Below are positions 35,420-44,767 of a stretch of DNA of 64,000 bases, piece after piece (position 1 is the stretch's first letter; every line of letters starts with the position of its first letter). The DNA is from Chitinophaga pinensis (GTDB lineage: Bacteria > Verrucomicrobiota > Verrucomicrobiia > Limisphaerales > JAEYXS01), in assembly GCA_943367715.1 (NCBI GenBank), contig CALRJY020000029.1, positions 41 to 64,040 on the forward strand, read 5' to 3'. The notes beneath the pieces were generated by a model. That model was not told the DNA's origin. It saw only the letters and a program-made list of their open reading frames with translations, and did not search any database. The position numbers and the translations under genes are program-made.

Positions 35420-36463
35420 ATGATCAACGTCGGCATCGTCGGGCTCGGCTTCATGGCCGCCACGCATATTAAGGCTTACCGCCAAGTTGAGGGCATTTGC
35501 GTCGCCGCCCTCTGCAGCCCCAGCGGCCGCCGCCTGGACGGTGATTTCTCCGACGTGGCCGGCAACATCGGCACGCAAGAACCGCTCAAACTAGATATGA
35601 CCCAAGTGCGCGGCTATCGCGACTTCGCAGAAATGCTCGCCGACTCGGACATACACGCCATCGACATCTGCACCCCCACCCTTGCCCATAAAGATCAGGC
35701 CATCGCCGCGTTGAAAGCGGGCAAGCACGTCCTCTGCGAGAAACCCCTCGCCCGCACCTCCGCGCAAGCCCGCGAGATTCTCGCCGTCGCCAGCGTGACC
35801 GATCGCGTTTTCCTCCCGGCCATGTGCGCCCGTTGGTGGCCCGGTTGGTCGTGGCTGAAGCAAACGATTGATAGCGGCCTCTACGGCAAAGTCCTCGGCG
35901 CCCGTTTCCGCCGCGTCGCGCAACCTCCGGGTTGGGGTCAGCACAACTTCCTTGAAGGCGCTAAGTCCGGCGGTGCTCTGCTTGACCTCCACATCCACGA
36001 TGTCGATTTCGTGCAATGGTGTTTCGGTGCACCCAAGAGCGTTTACGCCACCGGCTATTCCAGCCTCAGCGGAGCCATCGATCACGTCTTGGTGCAATAC
36101 ACTTACGCCAGCGGCGCGATGGTACATGCCGAAGGTTCCTGGGCCTTCGCCGATGGCTTCGGTTTCAACAAGGCTTACACCGTGAATTTCGAGCGCGCCA
36201 CCGCGGACTTCGACCTCGCCCGCGGAAAAGAAGCTCACAAACTCTTTGTGAAAGGTGAACCCCCTCAAGTCCTCTCCACCGACGGCCCCGATGGCTACAT
36301 CGGCGAGATCACCCACTTCCGCGATTGCATCCAGACGGGCAAGCAACCCACCGTCGTCACCGTCGTCGATGCCCTGAACGACCTCCTCCTCTGCGAAGCC
36401 GAGGAACAATCCATCCGCACGGGCGCTGTGGTTGAGTTCACTTTTCCCGCCAGCTTGGACTAG
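35420..36463 (+). CDS. Gfo/Idh/MocA family NAD(P)-dependent oxidoreductase
   Basis: MINVGIVGLGFMAATHIKAY Rossmann N-terminus and the EKPLA motif (VLCEKPLARTSAQA). ORF opens at GTG 35402, but ATG 35420 is preferred. Confidence 0.8.
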   Translation: MINVGIVGLGFMAATHIKAYRQVEGICVAALCSPSGRRLDGDFSDVAGNIGTQEPLKLDMTQVRGYRDFAEMLADSDIHAIDICTPTLAHKDQAIAALKAGKHVLCEKPLARTSAQAREILAVASVTDRVFLPAMCARWWPGWSWLKQTIDSGLYGKVLGARFRRVAQPPGWGQHNFLEGAKSGGALLDLHIHDVDFVQWCFGAPKSVYATGYSSLSGAIDHVLVQYTYASGAMVHAEGSWAFADGFGFNKAYTVNFERATADFDLARGKEAHKLFVKGEPPQVLSTDGPDGYIGEITHFRDCIQTGKQPTVVTVVDALNDLLLCEAEEQSIRTGAVVEFTFPASLD

Positions 36464-36580
36464 CAGCCATATTCTTTGAACCAAATCCCCCTCCCCACCG
36501 TCCAATGAGCGACATTTGACACCGGTGCCAGTTCGGCTAGCTTGCCGCTGTTCACCATCGCTAATCACTAAACTAGCATT

Positions 36581-37102
36581 ATGAAACTTAGCACTCTCTT
36601 GGCCTGCGCTGCGGCACTGGTCATGACCCTCAACGCCCACGCTGCCACGCCCAAGGTCGGCGATAAAGCTCCCGCCGTGGAAGGCAAAGACCAAGACGGC
36701 AAGCCCTGGAAGCTCGCCGACCAGACCGGCAAGAAAGCCATCCTCCTCTACTTCTACCCGAAGGACGACACCCCCGGCTGCACCAAGCAGGCCTGCGGCC
36801 TCCGCGATCGCATGGGCGACCTGAAGAAGGACGGCATCGAGGTGATTGGCGTCAGCTTTGACTCCTCCGAGAGCCACAAGGCATTCATCGCCAAGCACAA
36901 CCTGAACTTCCCGTTGCTGGCTGACACGGATGGCAAGATTGCCGATGCCTATGGCGTGCGCCGTGAAGCGGGCAAGAACATCGCCCGCCGCGCCTCCTTC
37001 CTTATCGACAAGGATGGCAAAATCGCCCACGTCACGGACGTGCCCAGCGCCGATGTCCATCTGACCGAAATGAAAGACGCCGCCGCCAAGCTGAAAAAGT
37101 AA
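36581..37102 (+). CDS. bcp: secreted thioredoxin-dependent peroxiredoxin (Bcp-type)
   Basis: Signal peptide (LLACAAALVMTLNAHA). LLYFYPKDDTPGCTKQACGLRD active-site motif. AhpC/TSA fold length. Confidence 0.8.
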   Translation: MKLSTLLACAAALVMTLNAHAATPKVGDKAPAVEGKDQDGKPWKLADQTGKKAILLYFYPKDDTPGCTKQACGLRDRMGDLKKDGIEVIGVSFDSSESHKAFIAKHNLNFPLLADTDGKIADAYGVRREAGKNIARRASFLIDKDGKIAHVTDVPSADVHLTEMKDAAAKLKK

Positions 37103-37128
37103 GCGGGGCGCGATATTCAATCACCAAA

Positions 37129-37156
37129 GCCAGCCCTCATCGGCTGGCCTTTTTCA
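37129..37156. terminator. possible bidirectional hairpin terminator between bcp and the convergent membrane-protein gene
   Basis: gccagcc-ctcatc-ggctggc stem-loop followed by ctttttcatttt. Confidence 0.4.
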
Positions 37157-38776
37157 TTTTGGAGAGGACGTTTGTTTCCTCAGATAAACATCTCCCCAAT
37201 AACTGGCCTGCGGTGTTGCTTCCAGATCAAAGGCCACTATCCGCTCCTGCAAGAAAACCGTGTTCGTCCTCTGTGCCCCCGCAACGATCATCGCCCCGAT
37301 GCGTTCCTCAGGCGTCAAGCCACCGATCACTGTGCGCATCCGCTCATCCGTCAGCGGCCAGTAATTCTTATCTATGATCGCCTTGCGCTGGCCATAGAAC
37401 GCGACCGAGGGATCCCAATCCCGCCCATACACCAGCAATGTCTGCCGGGCCTCCAATCGCGCATCGAGCATCCGTCGGAAATCGGTTTCGTAGTGCTGTC
37501 GCTCCGGAATCTCCGCGATGAGCAATGAATGATAACGTGGATAACCATACAGTTGCCCCACAATGATCAGCCCTAGAAAAAGCATCGCTACCCGCTGCAT
37601 CCAAGCACGTGAATCCTCCCACGCTGCCAAGCCCGCCAGACCTAACGCCAGCAAAAGCAGATAACCATTCGCCACGAAATAATACTCATGGATATGGTAA
37701 AGATTGGTGAACACCACGGGCCCGGCCATGAACGCCAGGAGCAGTATTGCTTGCTGCAAAAGACGCCGACGTGTCAGCAACGCCGCCACCAGCCAGAGTA
37801 ACAACGGCAGCTTGTAACCGAGCCCGGGCGTCTGGCTGGAAAATCCCAAAGTGACGTTGCTCAGCAGATGCCGCCAGGTGTCACCCGCCAGCTTTTGCTG
37901 GATGGTTCCGTAATTCCATTCCTTTAAGGCCTGCGTGGTGATCGTCTCGCGTGCCATCACGTTGCGTTCCTTCAAACGATCCGCCCAGGCCGCCCAACCT
38001 AAACCGACGGCCAAAGTCCACACACCAAGCAGAAGAAAGAACACTAAGTTTTTCGCTGCCCGTCGTTTCGCTTCAGGACTCCTCCACTGCGATACCAGCA
38101 GCGTCACCAAGATCATCCCCAACAAGACCTCCATCACAAACAACGTCGTGATCTTCTGCAACGCAGCCAAAGCTCCGAACATTACCGCCCATCCCCACGC
38201 CGACCGCTTGCCCTCCATTACCGCACTTAAGACCCGCCCGCCAAACGCCAGCGCCAGATAGAGCGCGCATGTCTCGATCATGAAACTCCGCGACCAATAG
38301 ATGGACGCCGGGGCCGCAGCGACCCCCAGCAGCAAGGCCGCCCGGTGGACCTTGCCCGGCACGAAATGACGCAACGCCCGGAACAGCTCAAACAACGCCA
38401 GCCACCAGAACATCAGACTGACCAACCGCCCTGTAAGTTCCAAAGACAAGCCCGTGACCTTCACCATTGCCGCCACCAGCCATTGGTAAAGCGGGAATTC
38501 CATCGGGATGGACCAGGGTGGCCCCATCACCGGCGTGATATAGGGAAACCACGCCCCTTCGCTCAGCATGTAGTGCACCGAGATGGCCGTCTGCGTTTGC
38601 CGGTGCGAATGCCGGTCCAGCAACGGGTCCTGGATATCGCGAAAGGTGAACCAGAGGATGACCGCTCCGCATACCAGCACCACCAGCCAGGCCCACTTGG
38701 GAAATGCCTCAGTTGAAGCCTCGCCCGGGGCCGGTTTATCGCTGGTAGTAACGGTATCCAAAACGCCGTTAATCAT
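37154..38776 (-). CDS. polytopic membrane protein, ArnT/PMT-like (GT-C fold) glycosyltransferase candidate
   Basis: About 540 aa from ATG 38776 (MINGVLDTV...). The ORF extends to 38947, but that part overlaps the rnr leader. About 11 or more hydrophobic helices with a soluble C-terminal domain. The family call is weak. Confidence 0.45.
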   Translation of the reverse strand: MINGVLDTVTTSDKPAPGEASTEAFPKWAWLVVLVCGAVILWFTFRDIQDPLLDRHSHRQTQTAISVHYMLSEGAWFPYITPVMGPPWSIPMEFPLYQWLVAAMVKVTGLSLELTGRLVSLMFWWLALFELFRALRHFVPGKVHRAALLLGVAAAPASIYWSRSFMIETCALYLALAFGGRVLSAVMEGKRSAWGWAVMFGALAALQKITTLFVMEVLLGMILVTLLVSQWRSPEAKRRAAKNLVFFLLLGVWTLAVGLGWAAWADRLKERNVMARETITTQALKEWNYGTIQQKLAGDTWRHLLSNVTLGFSSQTPGLGYKLPLLLWLVAALLTRRRLLQQAILLLAFMAGPVVFTNLYHIHEYYFVANGYLLLLALGLAGLAAWEDSRAWMQRVAMLFLGLIIVGQLYGYPRYHSLLIAEIPERQHYETDFRRMLDARLEARQTLLVYGRDWDPSVAFYGQRKAIIDKNYWPLTDERMRTVIGGLTPEERIGAMIVAGAQRTNTVFLQERIVAFDLEATPQASYWGDVYLRKQTSSPK

Positions 38777-38909
38777 GCTTCCCCGCCCCGTCTTATCAAT
38801 CGAATAGTCACCTTTGAAAACCAAGCCACCCGTCCCCGTCTGCCACTTAATTCCACTCCGTGCTGGCAGTCCGCCGGAATTTGGCGCATATTCGGAAAAA
38901 CGCCAAAGA

Positions 38910-41483
38910 ATGAGCGAAGAGAATCTCCCCCTGAAACGTGCGGCCAAGCCCGCCCGCCGTCCCGAGCAACTTAACGACCGAGTCCTCCAGTTGCTGGGCC
39001 AAAAGAACTACACCCCGGCCAATGTCCCCGAAATGCTGCGGTTCCTGCATCTGGCGCCCAATCGCCAGCAGGACTTGCAAGTCGTGCTTCAGGAACTGGA
39101 ACAAGGCGGCAAGATCGCCCGGGTCAAAGGCAACCGTTACATCATCCCCCTCGAGGCCGATCTGATCCCCGGCCGCCTGCGCATCAATCGCGGCGGCAAA
39201 GGCTTCCTCCAGCCTGATGACGGCAACATGAAGGAGGTCGTCATCCTGGATAGCGACACCGGCACCGCCATGGATGGCGACCGCGTCCTCATCCGCCTGA
39301 ACATCAAAGCCCAAGGCTTGCGCACGCAGGGAGAGGCCGTGCAAACCGGCAAGGTCATCCGCATCCTCGACCGCAAGCGCATGCGCATGGTCGGCACCCT
39401 CAAGCGGGGCGATCGTTTCCTCTACGTCATCCCCGATGATCCGCGCATGCAGCATGACATTTACGTGTCTGAACCGCGCGATGTCGGCCGCCCGGCCAAT
39501 ATCGGTGACAAGGTGGTCGTGGAGATGAAGGAGTGGGAATCCCGTCACACGAATCCGGAAGGCGAGATCGTGGAAGTACTCGGCGCGCCCGATGCCGAGG
39601 GCGTGGACATGCTCTCCGTCCTGCGCCAATACAATCTGCCACTCAGCTTTCCGCACGAAGTCCTCTCCGAAGCCCGCGCTTACGGCAACCAGGTGAAGCC
39701 GGAGGAGATCGCGGAACGTGAAGATTGCCGCCAGCACCTCGTCATCACCATCGATCCCGATGATGCCAAAGATTTCGATGACGCCATCTGCTTGCAACGC
39801 CTCTCTGCTTCCCAATGGAAGCTCTGGGTGCACATCGCTGATGTCTCGCATTACGTGAAGCCGGGCACCGCGCTGGACACTGAAGCCCGCAAGCGTGGCA
39901 ACTCCACCTATCTCGTGGATCGCGTCATCCCGATGCTACCCGAGGCCTTGAGCAATGAGCTCTGCTCGCTCAAGCCGAACGTCGAGCGTCTGACCAAGTG
40001 CGTGGAATTCCTCGTCTCCGATGATGGTCGCGTGTTGAAGAGCCGCTTCTATCCTGCCGTCATCCATTCGCAACGCCGCTTCAGCTATCAGGAAGTGCTC
40101 GCCATTCTCCAACGTGAACCCGCTGATGACGACATCGAGCGCATGCTCCATGCCGCGCATCAGCTCGCGCAAAAGATCCGCCGTCGTCGTTTCGATGCTG
40201 GCTCGCTGGAACTGGATTTCCCGGAAACCAAGATCCGCCTCGATGAAAAAGGCAAGGTCCTGCGCATCGAGAAGACGGAGAACGATGTCTCCCATCAATT
40301 GATCGAGGAATACATGCTCCTCGCCAATGAAGCCGTGGCCACCGAACTGATGCGCCGCAATATCCCGGCTATTTACCGAGTGCATGAGGAACCGGATCCC
40401 AAGCGCCTCGCGGAATACCGGGAAGATGTGCTCACGCAAAACATCCCGTGCGGCAATCTGAGCAAGAAGGAAGAAGTGCAGAAACTTCTTCACAAGCTCG
40501 GCACCTTGCCCATCGGTCCGGCGTTGAAGATCGGTTTCCTGAAATCGCTCATGCGCGCGCGTTACGCCATGGAGCCGCTCGGCCATTACGGTCTGGCCAA
40601 GCCGAAGTACACGCACTTCACCTCGCCCATCCGGCGCTACTCCGATCTCGTGGTGCATCGCGCCCTGTTCGAGACAGGTCACGGCAAGCAGCATTCGCTC
40701 AAGGAAACTTCCGAACACATCTCCGAGACGGAACGCAACTCCGCCGACGCCGAGCGCGACAGCAAGGACGTGAAGATGTACGCCTACCTGCGCGCCCAGT
40801 TGGAGATGGAGGTACCGCCGCGCTATCCCGCGCTGGTCACTGACGTGCGCAACTTCGGTTTCTTCGTGGATGTCACCGGCCTCTCCATGAGCGGGCTCGT
40901 GCCGCTCTCGACGGTTGAGGACGATTTCTACGTCTTCGATTCGGGCCGCAATCATCTCGTGGGCCGTCGCACTCGCAAGATCATCCGTCTGGGTGATCGC
41001 GTGGAAGTGCAGATCGCCAAGGTGGACAGCTTCAAGAAGCAGGTGGACTTCAAGCTGGCCAGCGATGCCAAAGCGAGCGCGGGCAAACCCAAAGGCAAAT
41101 TTGGCCCCGAACGTCGTCCTTCTGGCCAACCTCAACGTGGCCGCGACAATCAACGTGACGGAGAGAATCAACGCGCTGGAGGCAATCAAGGCTCCGGACG
41201 CTCTTCCCGTCCGGAAGGAGCCAACCGTGGTGGTCGCAAATTCTCAGATCGCCCGGCACGTCCTGGTGACTCAGCCCGTCCGGGTGCTCCGGTACGGCCG
41301 CAAGGCCCTTCCCGTCCGCAAGGTTCAGGTTCGGCCCCAAGACCATCCGGTGGTGGCAGCGGTGGACGTCGTCCCCTGCCCTCGAGCGGCAAACAACTGC
41401 CCTCGTCGCAAGGCGGTCGTGCCCCCTTGCCCAGCGGCAACCGTTCCTTCGGCGGTCCGAATCGCAGCAAGGGACGCCGGTAA
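38910..41483 (+). CDS. rnr: ribonuclease R
   Basis: Start at MSEENLPLKR. Cold-shock-like N-terminal domains. RNB catalytic domain (ITIDPDDAKDFDDAI, HIADVSHYV, STYLVDRVIPMLPE). S1 domain (GFFVDV...). Long basic low-complexity tail. Confidence 0.9.
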   Translation: MSEENLPLKRAAKPARRPEQLNDRVLQLLGQKNYTPANVPEMLRFLHLAPNRQQDLQVVLQELEQGGKIARVKGNRYIIPLEADLIPGRLRINRGGKGFLQPDDGNMKEVVILDSDTGTAMDGDRVLIRLNIKAQGLRTQGEAVQTGKVIRILDRKRMRMVGTLKRGDRFLYVIPDDPRMQHDIYVSEPRDVGRPANIGDKVVVEMKEWESRHTNPEGEIVEVLGAPDAEGVDMLSVLRQYNLPLSFPHEVLSEARAYGNQVKPEEIAEREDCRQHLVITIDPDDAKDFDDAICLQRLSASQWKLWVHIADVSHYVKPGTALDTEARKRGNSTYLVDRVIPMLPEALSNELCSLKPNVERLTKCVEFLVSDDGRVLKSRFYPAVIHSQRRFSYQEVLAILQREPADDDIERMLHAAHQLAQKIRRRRFDAGSLELDFPETKIRLDEKGKVLRIEKTENDVSHQLIEEYMLLANEAVATELMRRNIPAIYRVHEEPDPKRLAEYREDVLTQNIPCGNLSKKEEVQKLLHKLGTLPIGPALKIGFLKSLMRARYAMEPLGHYGLAKPKYTHFTSPIRRYSDLVVHRALFETGHGKQHSLKETSEHISETERNSADAERDSKDVKMYAYLRAQLEMEVPPRYPALVTDVRNFGFFVDVTGLSMSGLVPLSTVEDDFYVFDSGRNHLVGRRTRKIIRLGDRVEVQIAKVDSFKKQVDFKLASDAKASAGKPKGKFGPERRPSGQPQRGRDNQRDGENQRAGGNQGSGRSSRPEGANRGGRKFSDRPARPGDSARPGAPVRPQGPSRPQGSGSAPRPSGGGSGGRRPLPSSGKQLPSSQGGRAPLPSGNRSFGGPNRSKGRR

Positions 41484-41555
41484 GAATTGATTCTCTCACA
41501 ATTCTTTTACACTTAATTGTTCGCGGGGAGCGAGGGCGGATCGCATGATAAATTC

Positions 41556-43325
41556 ATGCAATCAAGACTCTCGCTCTCCTTTTTCCCCCTGCTGGTCGCC
41601 GGGCTGCTGGCGACTGGCCTAGCCTCGCTCCATGCCGCAGAAAAAGCCGCCCAGCTCAGCACGCTGGGCCGGATGACCGTCAAGGAGATCACTGTCTTCA
41701 AGGACGGCCACTGCTTCATCGCGCAGGAAGGCCAGCTCCCCACCGATCCAGAAGGCAACGTGCTGCTGGACCAGTTGCCCCAGCCCGTTATCGGCACGTT
41801 CTGGCCATATACCAGTGAGCGCACAGCCAAGCTCACAGGTGTCGTCGCCAGCCAGCGTCGTGTCATCATTCCGCGTACGGCTCTGACTTTGCGTGAGTTG
41901 CTGGAGGCCAATGTCGGCAGTGACGCCCTGATCACGGAGGTGGACAGTAACCGCTATTCCGCCACCATCGTGGGATTCCCCATCCGCAGCGCCGAGGAAC
42001 AGGAATCAATCAATCCGCCTAACAGCCCCGCCCGCTTGCCCGAAAAAGGCAACGTGCTGCTGCTGCGCACGGCTGATGGCACCAAAGCCCTGGATATCGG
42101 CCGCATCATGGATGTCACGTTCAAGAACCAGCCCAAGTCCACCGCGACCACCGAGGAATTCCGTAATCTCCTGACATTAAAACTGGATTGGAACAATCGT
42201 GCTCGTGCGGCCAAGGCGCAGGTGGGCGTGTTCTACCTGCAGAAAGGTGTCCGCTGGATACCCAGCTACAAAGTGGAACTGGATGGCAAAGGGCAGGCCA
42301 CGTTGAAGCTGCAGGCCACCATCATCAATGAACTCACGGACTTGGTAGATACCGACCTGAATCTCGTCATCGGCGTGCCCACATTCGCCTTCAAAGACAC
42401 GTTGGACCCGATGGCCCTGCAGCAGACCTTGGCGCAACTCTCCGAATATTTCCAAGGCCGGGGCGATGACAACCGCATCGGCAACAATTTCTCCAATGCC
42501 ATCATGAGCCAGAGTGCGCGCATGACAGAGCATCGGGCGAGCAGTCCGGCCACCGACATCGGCCCCGATCTGCCTGAAGGCACCAAGAGCGAAGATCTCT
42601 TCATCTTCAGCCTGAAAAAGATAACGTTGAAAAAGGGCGAACGTATGGTCGTGCCCGTGGCCGAATACACCTTGCCGTATCGCGATGTCTTCACCTTGGA
42701 TCTTCCTTTCGCTCCACCGCCGGAAGTGCGCGGCAACTTGAATACCCAGCAGCAGCAGGAACTCGCTCGCCTGTTCAATTCACCGAAGGTGGCGCACAAG
42801 GTCCGGCTCACGAACAAGAGCAAGCAGCCGCTCACCACCGCCCCAGCCCTTATCCTCAGCGAAGGCCGGGTGCTCGCCCAGGGCATGATGACCTACACCG
42901 CTCCCGGTGCGGAATCCGATCTCAACGTCACCACGGCCGTGGACATTTCCGTGAAGAAAAGCGATGTGGAAAGTGAACGGGTGGCCAACGCCCTCAAGAA
43001 TGATTCTTACAGCTTCTTCCGCATCAATCTTAACGGTGAGATCAAAGTCACCAACCATCGCGCCCAGCCAGTCACTCTGGAAGTCACCCGTCACGTCCTG
43101 GGCAACGCCACTCAGGCCAACATGGACGGTAAAGCAGAGAAGATGAACGTGTTTGAAAATGGCGACAATATCGGCTCGGGAGATTATCCGTCGTGGTGGC
43201 AATGGTATGGCTGGCCCAACTGGTGGCACCACGTAAACGGTTTAAGCCGGGTGACTTGGAAGCTGACCTTGGAGCCGTCCAAGACTTCCGAGCTGACCTA
43301 TCAATGGCACTATCACTGGAGATAG
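41556..43325 (+). CDS. secreted hypothetical protein (possibly DUF4139-like)
   Basis: Start at MQSRLSLSFFPLLVAGLLATGLASLHA (signal peptide). About 590 aa with a beta-rich composition. The family assignment is only a vague recollection. Confidence 0.55.
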   Translation: MQSRLSLSFFPLLVAGLLATGLASLHAAEKAAQLSTLGRMTVKEITVFKDGHCFIAQEGQLPTDPEGNVLLDQLPQPVIGTFWPYTSERTAKLTGVVASQRRVIIPRTALTLRELLEANVGSDALITEVDSNRYSATIVGFPIRSAEEQESINPPNSPARLPEKGNVLLLRTADGTKALDIGRIMDVTFKNQPKSTATTEEFRNLLTLKLDWNNRARAAKAQVGVFYLQKGVRWIPSYKVELDGKGQATLKLQATIINELTDLVDTDLNLVIGVPTFAFKDTLDPMALQQTLAQLSEYFQGRGDDNRIGNNFSNAIMSQSARMTEHRASSPATDIGPDLPEGTKSEDLFIFSLKKITLKKGERMVVPVAEYTLPYRDVFTLDLPFAPPPEVRGNLNTQQQQELARLFNSPKVAHKVRLTNKSKQPLTTAPALILSEGRVLAQGMMTYTAPGAESDLNVTTAVDISVKKSDVESERVANALKNDSYSFFRINLNGEIKVTNHRAQPVTLEVTRHVLGNATQANMDGKAEKMNVFENGDNIGSGDYPSWWQWYGWPNWWHHVNGLSRVTWKLTLEPSKTSELTYQWHYHWR

Positions 43326-43334
43326 CTTGGCACG

Positions 43335-43934
43335 CTATTTAACGCTCTTTAGTAAAGGCGCGACACGTTCGCGCAAGGCGGGCAACACCTCCGTATCAAA
43401 CCACGGACGCTGCCGCAGCCAGAGCCGGTTGCGCGGACTGGGATGCGGCAGCGGAAAAAACTCCGGCAGATACTCCGCGTAAGCTCGCACCGTATCGGAA
43501 AGGCTGCCCTTGCTCCGTTTGCCCAAATAATACGCCTGCGCGTAGCTGCCTACGAGCAAGGTCAGCTCCACCTTCGGCAACGCTGCTCTCAATAGCGGAT
43601 GCCAAAGCGGCGCGCACTCCGGGCGTGGCGGTGAATCCCCTGACTTGCCTTTGCCCGGATAGCAAAACCCAGTGGGGATGATCGCGATCTGCGATTCATC
43701 GTAGAATTCGTCGCGGCTTAATTGGAGCCAGTCACGCAAGCGATCACCGGATGGATCGTTCCAAGGAATACCTGTCTCCTGCACTTTGCGGCCCGGCGCC
43801 TGCCCCACTATCATCAGGCGCGCCGAGGGCAACGCACGCAATACCGGCTTGGGCGCGAACGGCAGATGCGCTGCACAAACGGTGCAGGCACGCACCCGCT
43901 TGAGCAATTGATCCAGAGTTTCCGGCCGGGCCAT
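43335..43934 (-). CDS. uracil-DNA glycosylase family protein
   Basis: 199 aa. CTVC N-terminal Cys motif, GQAPGRKVQETGIPWNDPSGDRL and HPSPRN motifs are typical of the UDG superfamily (family 4/5-like). Confidence 0.75.
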   Translation of the reverse strand: MARPETLDQLLKRVRACTVCAAHLPFAPKPVLRALPSARLMIVGQAPGRKVQETGIPWNDPSGDRLRDWLQLSRDEFYDESQIAIIPTGFCYPGKGKSGDSPPRPECAPLWHPLLRAALPKVELTLLVGSYAQAYYLGKRSKGSLSDTVRAYAEYLPEFFPLPHPSPRNRLWLRQRPWFDTEVLPALRERVAPLLKSVK

Positions 43935-44121
43935 ACCCTAACAATACACCCTAAAACTGACTCTGAACAAGCGGCTGGACTAAAAGAGGCAAATAATGTA
44001 CATCTTTAAACAATTCAGACGGTTAACAACGCCGGGAAACCGTCGAAACTTACCCCAATGACATGCTGCCGGATGAAAGGGCGATTTACGTCCAGAAACA
44101 GCAGCGAAACCTTAGATCAAT

Positions 44122-44694
44122 ATGAAGAAAATTGACGAATCACGGTTGGAGACTGATCTCGAATATCGCTTTAACTACCTGTGCGATTTCATCGGCTTCG
44201 GGGAACAGGACATCAAGGTCATCCACAGCGCCGCTCCTCTGCTGGCCCCAGTGGTGCCAGCCTTGGTGGATGCGGTCTACAATAAGCTCATCGGCTATGA
44301 TGCCACCTGGCGCCATTTTGTTCCCCCGCAGCATGGTTACACCGGTGAAACGCCCGTCTCCCTCGAAACGCTGAACATGGATCATCCTCAGATCCAGTTC
44401 CGTAAACAACATCTGGCTCGCTACCTGGAGAAGCTGGTCACCGCACCTTATGACGGCAAGTTGGTGAACTACCTGAACTTCGTCGGCAAGATGCACACAC
44501 CCAAGGCTGGCAACCCGCATCTCAACGTGCCGCTCATCCAGATGAATTCATTGATGGGCTTCGTGGCGGACGCGGTGAATGCCACGATCATGGGCTTCGA
44601 CATCCCCAACGACCTGAAGACGGCGGCTATCCGTGCCTTCAGCAAGTTGCTGTGGATACAGAATGACCTGATCGTGCGGCACTACGCTGCTTAA
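44122..44694 (+). CDS. protoglobin-domain protein (stand-alone sensor-globin fold)
   Basis: 190 aa. LEYRFNYL..FGEQDIKVIHSAAPLLAPVVPALVDAVYNKL...QFRKQHLARYL pattern of the protoglobin/globin-coupled-sensor N-terminal domain. No output domain is attached. Confidence 0.6.
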   Translation: MKKIDESRLETDLEYRFNYLCDFIGFGEQDIKVIHSAAPLLAPVVPALVDAVYNKLIGYDATWRHFVPPQHGYTGETPVSLETLNMDHPQIQFRKQHLARYLEKLVTAPYDGKLVNYLNFVGKMHTPKAGNPHLNVPLIQMNSLMGFVADAVNATIMGFDIPNDLKTAAIRAFSKLLWIQNDLIVRHYAA

Positions 44695-44767
44695 GAATAC
44701 TTTGGTTTACGGGCAAGCGGGAGTATTCCTGCTTGCCCGTTTTGCTTTCTGCCGCTTGCATAAGCCC

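Noticed and set aside
35591-37120. 509-aa minus-strand ORF spanning the oxidoreductase gene, an intergenic region and bcp
   Set aside because: It overlaps two confidently identified + strand genes and crosses their intergenic spacer. Composition is Gly/Ala/Val/Glu-rich with no motifs, so it is a GC-driven open frame.
38847-41189. Minus-strand ORFs 38847..39851 and 39936..41189 (334 and 417 aa)
   Set aside because: They are antisense to RNase R, whose RNB and S1 motifs are unambiguous.
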